Positions 35,962 to 45,287 of a DNA stretch of 64,000 nucleotides are shown piece by piece (the first letter of the stretch is position 1; each line of letters starts with the position of its first letter). The stretch is from Polyangiaceae bacterium (GTDB taxonomy: Bacteria > Myxococcota_A > Polyangia > Polyangiales > Polyangiaceae). A program made the translations under genes and the position numbers. The notes beneath the pieces were generated by a model that worked only from the letters and a program-made list of their open reading frames with translations, made no database searches and had not been told where the DNA came from. Where the stretch lies: the NCBI GenBank assembly GCA_044376115.1, contig JBILLK010000003.1, forward strand, positions 256,001 through 320,000, given 5' to 3'.

Positions 35962-37295
35962 CGTCCTGTCCTGGTTGGTGCTAGTTCGACCAGAAGCGCG
36001 TGCTCGCGCCTCGTGGCGTTGCTGAAGGCTTGCTGCGAGCCGCCGTGAAAGTGAGGTCGGTCTTGCGAGGCGCGAGCGGTGAGCGTGAGCCCCGAGGAGG
36101 CTGCCGCGCGTTTCACGATTTCCTCTACCCGGATCGGTCGGTTATTCCAGGCTCCGTCGGCCAGCAGCAGGATCACCTTGCCCCTCGGACGAAGCACCCG
36201 GCGAAAAGCGGTGAACAGGTCGAACATCTCCTGCTCGAAGGAGCGCGCGGCTTCACCTGCGTCGAGCGAACGCATGCTGCGACGAGCGCCGATCTCCCCG
36301 CGCTCGAGCGGGTTTGCATCCGCGCCCAACCAACGCAGCCTCGTGCGGTGGTGCTCCACGTAATCGTAGACGCCGGGATAGGGAGGAGAGGTGACTACGA
36401 GGTCCACCGAACGGTCGGGGAGCCCAGGCAGTTCGCGCGCATCGCCGAGCCGCATGCGAGCCGCTGGGGTGTTTTGAAAGAGCGCTTCCGAGGTCTCGAG
36501 CAGGCCAACCAGTTCACGCGTCTTGTTTTGATAAAGCTTGGCTGGGTAGCCCGCCGCGATGCGCATCACGCGAGCCTTTTGTCCGGTATCCCCGTCGCGT
36601 TTGCTCAATTTCGTAAGGATGGATGAAAGCAGGAGGCGCATGACTGGGGCGAGCTGGTCGCGGCTGAGCGCCTCCACTCCGACGCGCAAGCCGTCCAGTT
36701 CGAGCAGCACGTGCGGATCGAACTGGGCGACGTCCTCGGCCGGGTAACGCCGCGACGGCCCGCTCTTGGCGAGACGACGCGCTGTTGCCTCGGCCGCCAC
36801 GCCTTCCGCGAGCGTCGTCATTCGCTGACGGTCGGCCGCGCTGAAGGAATGGGTCTTCAACGTCGAGAGCATGACCGCGATCGGGTTGAGGTCGAAGCCC
36901 CAAACCGAATGTCCACGAGCGCGCCCTTCGACCAGCACGGTGCCGCTGCCGCAGAAAGGGTCCAACAAGGTACCCGGCGCCGTAAGAAACGCCTCGAGCA
37001 GCAGGCCGGCCGTCTTCGGGTGCATGCGCGCCGGGTACGGATGGAAGCCGTGAACGTGCGCGCGCGCCTCCGCTTCTGCTCGCTCTTCGCGAGCGGCCGC
37101 CGGGGCTACGTCGAGCGCGAGCGCGAGCTTGTCGGTGATTGCGGGGTCACCCTCGACGCTGACTTTGCCGCCGACGTGCGCGAGCGAGCGTCGTTCTCGC
37201 CGAATTGGCGCGAGGCTCTCGACCGGAGCGGCGTTCGCTGTTGCTTTGGCCTTGGCGCGACGACGGGCCATCGGCCCACGCGAAGGAGTGGCCAT
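35958..37295 (-). CDS. SAM-dependent amino-methyltransferase (N4C/N6A DNA methylase-like), orphan
   Basis: HGFHPYPARMHP, LDPFCGSGT (motif I), DLVVTSPPY (motif IV). Confidence 0.8.
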   Translation of the reverse strand: MATPSRGPMARRRAKAKATANAAPVESLAPIRRERRSLAHVGGKVSVEGDPAITDKLALALDVAPAAAREERAEAEARAHVHGFHPYPARMHPKTAGLLLEAFLTAPGTLLDPFCGSGTVLVEGRARGHSVWGFDLNPIAVMLSTLKTHSFSAADRQRMTTLAEGVAAEATARRLAKSGPSRRYPAEDVAQFDPHVLLELDGLRVGVEALSRDQLAPVMRLLLSSILTKLSKRDGDTGQKARVMRIAAGYPAKLYQNKTRELVGLLETSEALFQNTPAARMRLGDARELPGLPDRSVDLVVTSPPYPGVYDYVEHHRTRLRWLGADANPLERGEIGARRSMRSLDAGEAARSFEQEMFDLFTAFRRVLRPRGKVILLLADGAWNNRPIRVEEIVKRAAASSGLTLTARASQDRPHFHGGSQQAFSNATRREHALLVELAPTRTGR

Positions 37296-37301
37296 GGAGA
37301 G

Positions 37302-38027
37302 CTACTGGACCCGACCGCGCGCTGCGGCGTTGGTCTCGGCTTCGGCTGCTTCAGCTTCGGCTTGTTGTTCAACGGCGGCGCGCGCTTCGAGCGCTGCGAA
37401 GCGCGGATCCTCCGGCAGCGGCACCGGCGCACCTTCGATCCGCATCCCCGTGTGGGCCGACCCAATGTCGAACTCGACCGTGGCCAGATTGAACAAATGC
37501 GCTGCGCGCTGCGGATCTACGTTGGTCACGCGCTGCAGGTCCGTGGCGTTCTTGACCGTGCCGCTGCGCATGAGCTCGCTGACGGTGTTGCTCCAGGCTG
37601 CGTCCATCGAGCCGGAAAGTTGTTGCGTCAGCTTGCTGACCTGAGACCGACCGTAGAAGGTCATGGCTGCCGATGGTCCGCCGAACAGCGCGAGAATGAC
37701 GGCCGCCGCCGTTACTGAAAAGAGGGAGACTGGCAAGCCGATCACCGCCGCCCCGATCAACCCAACGATGCCCACGTAACCGAGGGCCTTCATGCCAGCG
37801 CGCTTCTTGCGCAGCGTATCGACGTTGCGCAGCAGCGGCAGCGAGCTGTCGCCGGCGTTGCTTCCGCGCGGTGTTGGGATGCGCGGCCCGCCGCACAGCT
37901 TGCATACAAAAATAAATTCGGCGTTTGGTTCAACCCCGGCGACGCCGCGACAATGCGGGCAGACCATGTCTCCGCCGGGTTGGGCCGTCTGATGTGCGTA
38001 GAGATCGAAGCCAGGTCCTGAGTTCAC
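37302..38027 (-). CDS. Hypothetical membrane protein with N-terminal zinc ribbon
   Basis: CPHC...CKLC, two TM helices, acidic tail. Confidence 0.65.
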   Translation of the reverse strand: MNSGPGFDLYAHQTAQPGGDMVCPHCRGVAGVEPNAEFIFVCKLCGGPRIPTPRGSNAGDSSLPLLRNVDTLRKKRAGMKALGYVGIVGLIGAAVIGLPVSLFSVTAAAVILALFGGPSAAMTFYGRSQVSKLTQQLSGSMDAAWSNTVSELMRSGTVKNATDLQRVTNVDPQRAAHLFNLATVEFDIGSAHTGMRIEGAPVPLPEDPRFAALEARAAVEQQAEAEAAEAETNAAARGRVQ

Positions 38028-38776
38028 AACGCCCCCGTAGTCGAAACCGACGCTGAAGGAGCTTTCGCTGCGTGTTCCACGAGCGCCGCGATCGCACAGT
38101 CGAAGAGGATTCGACCGTCGCTCGAGCCGTGGAGCGCTTCACTCATGCGTTCGGGGTGTGGCATTAGCCCGAGCACGTTGCGGTTCGGCCCACCGTAGAC
38201 GCCAGCGATCGCGTTGAGCGAGCCGTTGGGGTTGGACGCAGGCTCGACCTCGCCGCTGGCGGAGCAATAGCGAAGTGCAACCGCCGGAGCCTTGCCTGTT
38301 GCGGCCTCGAGCGTGGTTAGGCCTTGCGCGTCGATGTGATAGCGCCCATCTGCGTGCGCTATTGGCAGGCGCAAGACGCGCTCGCTGAGGCCGCGGGTAA
38401 ACGGGCCTTCCGCGACGACTTTCACGAACACGTCTCGGCACTCGAAGCGGAGGTGGGTGTTGCGTGTGAGCGCTCCGGGCAGCAGCTCACATTCGGTCAG
38501 GATCTGAAAGCCGTTGCACACTCCGAGCACGAGCCCGCCACGTTCGACGTGGCGTCGAAGGTCCGCCACGATCGGGCTCACCTTCGCGATCGCCCCGGAG
38601 CGCAGATAGTCTCCGAAGGAGAACCCCCCGGGAATTGCGACGAGATCCACGCCGCTGGGAAGGGACGTCTCGCGATGCCAGACCTCCGTGGTTGGAACGT
38701 TGACCACGTGGCGTAGCGTTCGGAGCATCTCCGCGTCTGCATTGGAACCAGGGAAAACGACGACGGCTGCCTGCAC
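38024..38776 (-). CDS. purQ: Phosphoribosylformylglycinamidine synthase glutaminase subunit
   Basis: VFPGSN, PGGFSFGDYLRSG, GVCNGFQIL, PIAH.DG, NPNGS, MPHPER. Start at GTG 38776 or ATG 38854. Confidence 0.95.
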   Translation of the reverse strand: MQAAVVVFPGSNADAEMLRTLRHVVNVPTTEVWHRETSLPSGVDLVAIPGGFSFGDYLRSGAIAKVSPIVADLRRHVERGGLVLGVCNGFQILTECELLPGALTRNTHLRFECRDVFVKVVAEGPFTRGLSERVLRLPIAHADGRYHIDAQGLTTLEAATGKAPAVALRYCSASGEVEPASNPNGSLNAIAGVYGGPNRNVLGLMPHPERMSEALHGSSDGRILFDCAIAALVEHAAKAPSASVSTTGAL

Positions 38777-38863
38777 GCCAAACTCTGTAGCGGAAGGCTC
38801 CGCGGGCCGCCATTGAGAACCCGCCTCGGTGGACGACAGGATGGTCTGTGGCATAACGAGCCC

Positions 38864-39556
38864 GTGGCTCGGCGTTCGGCACTGCGTGTCCCTTCGGAGT
38901 CGAGGCGGGCCGCGCGACTTCGGGTAGGGGACCGACGGCTCGCATTCGACCTGGCCCTAGCCTACGGCCTGCTTGGAGTCGTTGGAGTTGGCGCCAAGGT
39001 CGCTGTGACCCAAGGCCTGCCGCAGCTAGCGTTTCCGGCGACAGATGCGCTGCTTTGGACCTCGCCGCGGCTTTCGCAGCTGGCAGAAAACTCACTCGCC
39101 GGTAAAGCCGTGCTCGCTGCGGCGATGAGCGTCGTATTGGGCGTGTGCTTGGCGGCTCTGCTCGTCTGGACCACGCGGTTGCTGGTCCGACGAACGCGCT
39201 GGGCTTCGACACTGCACCAAGATTTGCAGCCCGTCGCCCGGCGCTTCGATCCGCAGGAGACCTGGCTCGTGGCGATCATGTCGGCGCTGGGCGAGGAGCT
39301 CTTCTTTCGCGGCTTTCTGCAACCGTTGGTCGGTCTTTTCGCGAGCAGCCTGCTGTTCGGATTGTTGCACCAGGTTCGAGGCCAGAGCCGCTGGGTGTGG
39401 GTCGGCTGGGCCTCAATCGGTGGCCTTTTGTTTGGCGGCTTGTTCGCGCTGACGGGCTCGCTTTGGGGCAGCGTGGTTGCGCATGCGCTCGTCAACGCCG
39501 TGAACCTCGATCACCTGCGCCGCTCGAACGTTGCTCTTTCGCCGACGGCCTCGTAG
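38864..39556 (+). CDS. CPBP (CAAX/Abi) family intramembrane metalloprotease
   Basis: EELFFRG, FGLLH, AHALVN; TM-rich. Start uncertain. Confidence 0.85.
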   Translation: MARRSALRVPSESRRAARLRVGDRRLAFDLALAYGLLGVVGVGAKVAVTQGLPQLAFPATDALLWTSPRLSQLAENSLAGKAVLAAAMSVVLGVCLAALLVWTTRLLVRRTRWASTLHQDLQPVARRFDPQETWLVAIMSALGEELFFRGFLQPLVGLFASSLLFGLLHQVRGQSRWVWVGWASIGGLLFGGLFALTGSLWGSVVAHALVNAVNLDHLRRSNVALSPTAS

Positions 39557-39557
39557 C

Positions 39558-41006
39558 TCACTGGTCGGGCTTCTTCTGTTCGTCGTCGACCAAGAAGTCG
39601 CTGATCGACGGCGGCGGGATGCTCCATCCGGTATCGAGCTCGCTGGGGGCAGCTTCCGGTTCCGGCGCGGAGGGTGCCTTCACGGGCGCGGGGAGCTTCG
39701 CTGCTGCAGGGACGGCGGGCGTTGGATCGCTGGGGCCCAAGCTCGGGGTACCTGAACTAGGCGTAGTCGCGCTGATCGCTCGCATCGGCTTACTGGGCGA
39801 GAGTGAACGAAGCGAACCAAAGGCCGTTCGCGGCACTGTTTGACTCGGAACGCGAGGAGCGCTCAGGGCTCCGCCCGTCGGTTTTGGTAGGCTATTCGCC
39901 GAGGTCGCAGGCGTTGCGTTCTGCGGCGTCATGGAACGAGCGGGCGGAAGTGGAGGGCGGCCAGGTGTCTTTCCGGTGGGCGCCGGGACCCTGTTCATCG
40001 GCGCTGGCGTCATGCTCCGTGGAGGGACCGGGGGTCTTGCGGCGGGGATAGGGCGTTCGATCGCTTGCGGGACTCGCGTGGTTTCATCCGAGCTGATCGG
40101 TTCAACGCTGATGGGCGCGATGCTGCTGATGGGGGCAACACTGCTGATGGGCGCGACGCTAATCGGCTCCGAGCTGACCGGTGGGCTGGTCGAGCCCGCT
40201 CGCGCCGCCGCCTCCAGCATGCTGGCGAGCCTAGCCGACGAACTCGCTGCATCGTCCTCGTTGCGAGCCTCATCCTCAAGCCGTGCAGCTTCCATAAGCA
40301 GGGCGTTGATCGGCGTGAGTTCGAGCTCCGACGTCTGCGTCTCGGTCGATGGAGTGAAGGAGAACTTTCCGCTGTTCCAACCCATGGTCGTGCGAATGGT
40401 GAGCAGCGGGCTGTGAGGAGCCTCGTCCAGGGTGGTCGCCACCACGTTGCCGGAAAGGACAATGAATGCAGCTCGGTGGGTCTCGCTCTTGAGCTCCAGG
40501 CGGCCGCTCCTTCGCTCGAGATCCAGCAGGGTGAGTACCGTGGCGACCGACATTTGTGCCAGATCCCCGGTCATCGCTGCTCCCGGCGGGGGCAATGACG
40601 CGAGCGTTGCGCGCGTTTTCCGCAAACGCGCGGCCATTTGGATGAAGGCGTCCACTTGGGCCACGACCTCATCGATGCGGAAGGGCTTGGAAAGGTATGC
40701 GTCACCGCCTACCTGAAAACCCTCGAGTCGGTGCTCGCGGTCGTCGAGCCCAGAAAGAAACACGAGCGGGATCGTTGAGACCCGGGAGGGGTGCGCTCGA
40801 ACCTTGCGGGCAACCCAAAAACCGTTGTGGTCCGGCAGGTCCACGTCGCAGACGATGCAATCGGGCTGTTCCTCAACGGCCCGATAGAAGCCGTCCGCCG
40901 CGTTTTCGCAGATCGTGATCTCAAAGCCGGCCTCCCGCATTGCCACAGCGAGCAGGCGACACACCCACTCGTCGTCGTCAATTACGAGCACACGACCCTT
41001 CGACAT
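39558..41006 (-). CDS. Response regulator with DUF4388 and Pro/Ser-rich tail
   Basis: VLVIDDD, CDVDLP, FLS, SKPF; MTGDLAQMSVATVL...MGWNSGKFSF. Confidence 0.88.
   Translation of the reverse strand: MSKGRVLVIDDDEWVCRLLAVAMREAGFEITICENAADGFYRAVEEQPDCIVCDVDLPDHNGFWVARKVRAHPSRVSTIPLVFLSGLDDREHRLEGFQVGGDAYLSKPFRIDEVVAQVDAFIQMAARLRKTRATLASLPPPGAAMTGDLAQMSVATVLTLLDLERRSGRLELKSETHRAAFIVLSGNVVATTLDEAPHSPLLTIRTTMGWNSGKFSFTPSTETQTSELELTPINALLMEAARLEDEARNEDDAASSSARLASMLEAAARAGSTSPPVSSEPISVAPISSVAPISSIAPISVEPISSDETTRVPQAIERPIPAARPPVPPRSMTPAPMNRVPAPTGKTPGRPPLPPARSMTPQNATPATSANSLPKPTGGALSAPRVPSQTVPRTAFGSLRSLSPSKPMRAISATTPSSGTPSLGPSDPTPAVPAAAKLPAPVKAPSAPEPEAAPSELDTGWSIPPPSISDFLVDDEQKKPDQ
40092..40176 (-). 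repeat. Imperfect 15-18 bp tandem repeats coding (S)S[VI]API
   Basis: GCTGATGGGCGCGA-type units; peptide SSEPISVAPISSVAPISSIAPISVEPISS. Confidence 0.7.
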
Positions 41007-41107
41007 TCTTGAGAAAGACGGTACCACGTGGAGTCCGTCGCGGGCCAAATGCCTAACGCCGTCCAGTACCAGACGAAGCCTCCCGGTGGTGGTAGAGTGC
41101 GCACCGC

Positions 41108-42199
41108 GTGAGTCGCGTCATTGTTGCCATGAGCGGAGGTGTGGACTCCTCGGTCGCTGCCCTGCAGCTGCTCCGGGATGGCTATGACGTGGTCGGCGTG
41201 ACCCTCCATTTGTGGGATTACCCCGATGACAAAGAACCCGGGCGCTGCTGCGCCCCCGAGGATCAATACGACGCGCGTCGGGTGGCCGACAAACTCGGCT
41301 TCCCACACTTTACCTTCGATCGACGTGAGCTCTTTGAGCTGCACGTCGTGCGGCCCTTCGTTGACGCCTATCTCAATGGGTCGACTCCGAGCCCGTGCGT
41401 TTCCTGCAACAGGAGCGTGAAATTGCGCGAACTGTTCCCCATCGCCGATCGTTTGGGGGCCGAGTTTGTCGCGACCGGGCACTACGCGCGTGTGGTTCAA
41501 GGTGAAGCTGGTCCCGAACTTCACCGTGGCGTGGACCGACGCAAGGACCAGAGCTACTTCCTCCATATGCTCGAGCCGCACGAGCTCGCGAGGCTGCTGC
41601 TGCCACTTGGGGGCAACGTCAAAGACGAGGTGAGGTCCCTCGCGCACGAGGCCACCTTGCCCGGCGCTGGAAAGGGTGAAAGCCAGGAACTCTGTTTCGT
41701 CGCGAGCGGTCGCTACGAGGCCTTCGTCGAAGACCGAGCCGCGCACCGCGTTCGGCCAGGTCCCGTGCTCGATTCGAGCGGCAACGTCGTCGGGCAGCAC
41801 TCCGGGGTGCACCGGTACACCGTGGGACAGCGAAAAGGGCTGGGCGTGGCGATGGGCAAGCCAGCGTTCGTGACCCGCGTGGACGGGGGAACAGGGCAAG
41901 TCCACATCGGCGATGAGTCCGAACTACTAGCGGATCGTGCGGTGCTTGGGCCGGATACGGTTTTTCCCGGCGGCGTGAGCTTCCCGCAACGAGCGATCGT
42001 TCAGGTGCGAGCGCGCCATTCGGGCTCTCCGGCAGAATTGCGCCAAGAGCCGGATGCGCGCGGTGGGGTTCAGGTCGTTGCCGTGTTCGACGAGCCGGTG
42101 CGGGCCATCTCCCCGGGCCAGGTCGCAGTGGCGTACGCCGATACACGCGTGCTGGGCGGCGGCGTGATCGTGCGCGCTGAGCGGAGTGAGCCGTCGTGA
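41108..42199 (+). CDS. mnmA: tRNA-specific 2-thiouridylase
   Basis: AMSGGVDS, TPSPCV.CN, ATGHYAR, KDQSYFL, ESQELCF, YTVGQRKG, PGQ, LGGG. Confidence 0.96.
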   Translation: MSRVIVAMSGGVDSSVAALQLLRDGYDVVGVTLHLWDYPDDKEPGRCCAPEDQYDARRVADKLGFPHFTFDRRELFELHVVRPFVDAYLNGSTPSPCVSCNRSVKLRELFPIADRLGAEFVATGHYARVVQGEAGPELHRGVDRRKDQSYFLHMLEPHELARLLLPLGGNVKDEVRSLAHEATLPGAGKGESQELCFVASGRYEAFVEDRAAHRVRPGPVLDSSGNVVGQHSGVHRYTVGQRKGLGVAMGKPAFVTRVDGGTGQVHIGDESELLADRAVLGPDTVFPGGVSFPQRAIVQVRARHSGSPAELRQEPDARGGVQVVAVFDEPVRAISPGQVAVAYADTRVLGGGVIVRAERSEPS

Positions 42200-42846
42200 A
42201 GTTCCAGCGGCTCCTGTGCGGCGCTTTCGCTGCAACTGGTTTCCTGTTTGGGGCCTGTGTCTCGGTCGGTGAAGGCAAAGGCTTTGCAAAGAGCGACAAC
42301 CTTTTTGCGAAAGACTGCTGGAACGGCGCCTTCGATTTGCAGCCGGACTTTTTCGCTGCGGATCCATTTCGCGACCAGGTTCACATCCGGGTACAGCGCG
42401 GCAACGACTTGCTCGAGGTTTCCGACGGTGTAGTGATTCTGGTGGACTCGATTGAAGATGTGCGGGCGCGGCTCGGTGAGGAGCTGCCTGTCACGCTTTC
42501 CCCGGGAATTGCCCCTCCCGGGTTTGCGCCGGGCGAGCTTTGCGGCGGTGAATGTGATGGGCCTGTGCACGCCGCGCTCTACCTCCTTGACTCGTGTCAC
42601 GTGCAGAACACCGTGCTCTACGCCGTCTCTGGAACGGTGGTTTTCGACGAACTCTTCAGCGGCAACCCCAATGAGGACGACCCGGCAGAAAAATTCTCCT
42701 CGGGACGCTTCGTGCTCAACGTCGGGGACCCGCGCGAGGCCGTGCTCAACGACGCGGGCCGCTACACCTTCCCGGAAACCAGCGTGATCGAGGGTGAGTT
42801 CGAGTTTTTCTTCCAACGGGGCCAGCCCGCCCAACCGTTTCCTTGA
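42196..42846 (+). CDS. Hypothetical lipoprotein
   Basis: Lipobox LFGAC; GTGA overlap with the mnmA stop; C-terminus QRGQPAQPFP. Confidence 0.7.
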   Translation: MKFQRLLCGAFAATGFLFGACVSVGEGKGFAKSDNLFAKDCWNGAFDLQPDFFAADPFRDQVHIRVQRGNDLLEVSDGVVILVDSIEDVRARLGEELPVTLSPGIAPPGFAPGELCGGECDGPVHAALYLLDSCHVQNTVLYAVSGTVVFDELFSGNPNEDDPAEKFSSGRFVLNVGDPREAVLNDAGRYTFPETSVIEGEFEFFFQRGQPAQPFP

Positions 42847-42950
42847 GCGGGCTTTGTTGGCTGTGGCGGTCCCGCGGCGACGTCCGACAGGGCGGCCTGC
42901 AGCGGTAGTCCTGGAAAACCCTGAAAGGGTAGAGGTAGACTGACCACCAG

Positions 42951-45287
42951 ATGGCAGCACCGCCTCCCCGCCCGTCAGCCCGCAATGCGGGCGGCGCTGG
43001 GGCCGGAGCCCCGATGGGCCCCGCGCCCTCGCGTGCCGGAGGTTTGGCGGCTCCCCCACCAAATTCCGGTCTCAACGCAGGTCCCAAGAACGATCAGCCC
43101 GCGGGTACGTTCTTTCTGGGGCGCTACCGCGTCGTTGAAGAGATCGGCATCGGCGGTATGGCCAGCGTCCACCTGGCCCGGATGGACGGCCCTGGAGGCT
43201 TCCAAAAGTGGGTGGCGATCAAGCGCATCCACCCGAACCTCGTCGAGGACGATCAGTTCGTCGACATGTTCCTCGATGAGGCGCGCATCGCCGCCGGCAT
43301 CAACCACGCGAACGTCGCGCAGGTGTTCGATCTCGGTAAGGACGAGGGCACCTACTGGATCGCGATGGAGTACCTCCACGGCGAGCCGCTGCGTGAGGTG
43401 ATGCGCCGTTGCGAGGAACGTCGGCACGTTATTTCGCCCGATATTGCCGCGCGAATTTGTGCTGATGCTGCAGAAGGCCTGCACGCCGCACACGAGCTAC
43501 GAGGCAAGAACGGTCAACTGCTCGGCCTCGTGCATCGCGATGTCACGCCGCACAACCTGTTCATCACCTACGAGGGCTACACGAAGGTCGTCGACTTCGG
43601 CATCGCCAAGGTCGCCGACCGGCTCTCGGAGACGCGCGCCGGAACGCTGAAAGGCAAGCTCGCGTACATGAGTCCGGAGCAAGTCCGCGGCCAGGACGAC
43701 GTGGACCGTACCACCGACGTCTTTGCGCTCGGCGTGGTGCTTTGGGAGCTGACGACGGGCCACCGTCTGTTCCGCATGGATACAGACTTGGACACGCTCG
43801 AGAAGGTCCAAGCCTGCATCGTGCCGCCGCCCTCCACGGTTGCTGGCGGCTACCCGATCGAGCTCGAGAGCGTGGTGATGAAGGCGCTGGCCAAGCGCAA
43901 GCAGGATCGCTTTCAAACGGCTCGTGAGTTCTCGCGTGCGCTCAACATGTATCTGCAGCGGCGAGCCGTGCTGGTCGGACCTGAAGAGGTCAGCGGCTTC
44001 GTGCGAGAGCTCTTCGTCGACCGGATCGGCGCGCGCGAGGCACATCTGGCCTGGGCCGCCGACGTCACGAGCACGATCAACGTCGACCAACTCAACGCCA
44101 TGAAGCGATCGAGGAACGGTCGCATCGAGGATGCGCCGTCCAAGAGCGGTTTCGATGTCGAGCCGTCCGCGGATAACGGCAGGCCATCCTTGCCTGGTGC
44201 GCCCACGCTGGGCGTTCGTCCCCCGCCGCCTCCTGCGCAGGCGAAAGCTCCAGGCACGCCACCGCCACCGCCGACGGTGCCGAATTCACCGTCGCGTAGC
44301 ACCGGCAGTCCGAAGGCGGCCTCGAGTTCGTTGCTCGACGACGAGGAAGATATCCCGACGACCGTCGCCTCACGCGAGCACGTCAGCGAGTTGATGGGCC
44401 ATGCTCCCGCCGCAAGCGGGGCTGGGCGTTTGCCTCCGCCGCCTCCAGCCGCAGGTGCCCCGGCGCGCCCCGGCGCCGCACCCACAGCCGCCCAGTTTCA
44501 GTCCATTCGTGCAACCACGATGGGCGCGGCGGCTGTTGCCTCGGGACCGCCGCCTGCGCGCAGTGGTCCGCCGCCGGTTCCGCAAGGTCCGCCGCAGGGG
44601 CCCCCGCCTGTTCCGCAGCAGCAGCCACAACAACAGGGCGGTTTGGGTCGCACGATGGCGTTGGCGCCAGCGAGCAATCCCGGCTTCCAAGGCAATCAAC
44701 TCAATCCGCCGCAGCAGCAGCAACCCAATCAGGGCCGACCTGGAGAGCTCCCGGGGTTTTTCCCGCCTCCCGGAATGGCGGCGATGTCGAACCAAGCTCC
44801 GCAAGGTGGTTCGTTGCCGGCGTTCGGGCCTCCCACGAACGGACCTTTTCAGCCTCTGTCGAATCCAGGGTTCTCCGGCTTTCCTGCGCAACATCAGCAG
44901 AATCAGCCGCAAGCTGGTCAGCACGGTCAGCAACAGCACGGCCCGGGTGGGCCGTTGAGTCCGCGCGGTGGTCCCAGCGGGACGATGCCGCCGATGCCGT
45001 CGAATCAGAACCTCGGCAGGACGGGTGGCCCGCCCCATCCGCCTCCTTCGCAGATCGAGACGGCGCTCTCGCTACCGCGTCCTGAGCCGAGTGCGATGCA
45101 GAACCCGATGCCCAACCGCAGCGACAGCCTGAGCACCATCGTGCTGGTTGCGGTGGCGGTGCTCACCGCGATTTGTGTGCTCGCGTTGGGCGCATTGATC
45201 TACTTCAAACGCCGCGCGCCTCAGCCCGGGGGCTGCATTGAAATCCCCGCCCAACATGAGCTCGCACCGCCGAACCGACACGCGTAG
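42951..45287 (+). CDS. Hanks-type Ser/Thr protein kinase with Pro/Gln-rich linker and C-terminal TM helix
   Basis: IGIGGMA, VAIK, HRDVTPHN, DFG, YMSPE, DVFALG. Confidence 0.94.
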   Translation: MAAPPPRPSARNAGGAGAGAPMGPAPSRAGGLAAPPPNSGLNAGPKNDQPAGTFFLGRYRVVEEIGIGGMASVHLARMDGPGGFQKWVAIKRIHPNLVEDDQFVDMFLDEARIAAGINHANVAQVFDLGKDEGTYWIAMEYLHGEPLREVMRRCEERRHVISPDIAARICADAAEGLHAAHELRGKNGQLLGLVHRDVTPHNLFITYEGYTKVVDFGIAKVADRLSETRAGTLKGKLAYMSPEQVRGQDDVDRTTDVFALGVVLWELTTGHRLFRMDTDLDTLEKVQACIVPPPSTVAGGYPIELESVVMKALAKRKQDRFQTAREFSRALNMYLQRRAVLVGPEEVSGFVRELFVDRIGAREAHLAWAADVTSTINVDQLNAMKRSRNGRIEDAPSKSGFDVEPSADNGRPSLPGAPTLGVRPPPPPAQAKAPGTPPPPPTVPNSPSRSTGSPKAASSSLLDDEEDIPTTVASREHVSELMGHAPAASGAGRLPPPPPAAGAPARPGAAPTAAQFQSIRATTMGAAAVASGPPPARSGPPPVPQGPPQGPPPVPQQQPQQQGGLGRTMALAPASNPGFQGNQLNPPQQQQPNQGRPGELPGFFPPPGMAAMSNQAPQGGSLPAFGPPTNGPFQPLSNPGFSGFPAQHQQNQPQAGQHGQQQHGPGGPLSPRGGPSGTMPPMPSNQNLGRTGGPPHPPPSQIETALSLPRPEPSAMQNPMPNRSDSLSTIVLVAVAVLTAICVLALGALIYFKRRAPQPGGCIEIPAQHELAPPNRHA

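Noticed and set aside
38855..38863. Second 9-bp head-to-head spacing (purQ/CPBP)
   Set aside because: Depends on the upstream purQ ATG; family alignment favours GTG 38776.
35958..39556. Anti-phage island (methylase + Abi/CAAX protease)
   Set aside because: CPBP proteins are common housekeeping membrane proteases, purQ lies between the two genes, and there is no nuclease or mobility gene.
44200..45060. Pro/Gln-rich low-complexity DNA in the kinase as a repeat array or CRISPR
   Set aside because: Coding low complexity only; no constant repeat with unique spacers and no cas genes.
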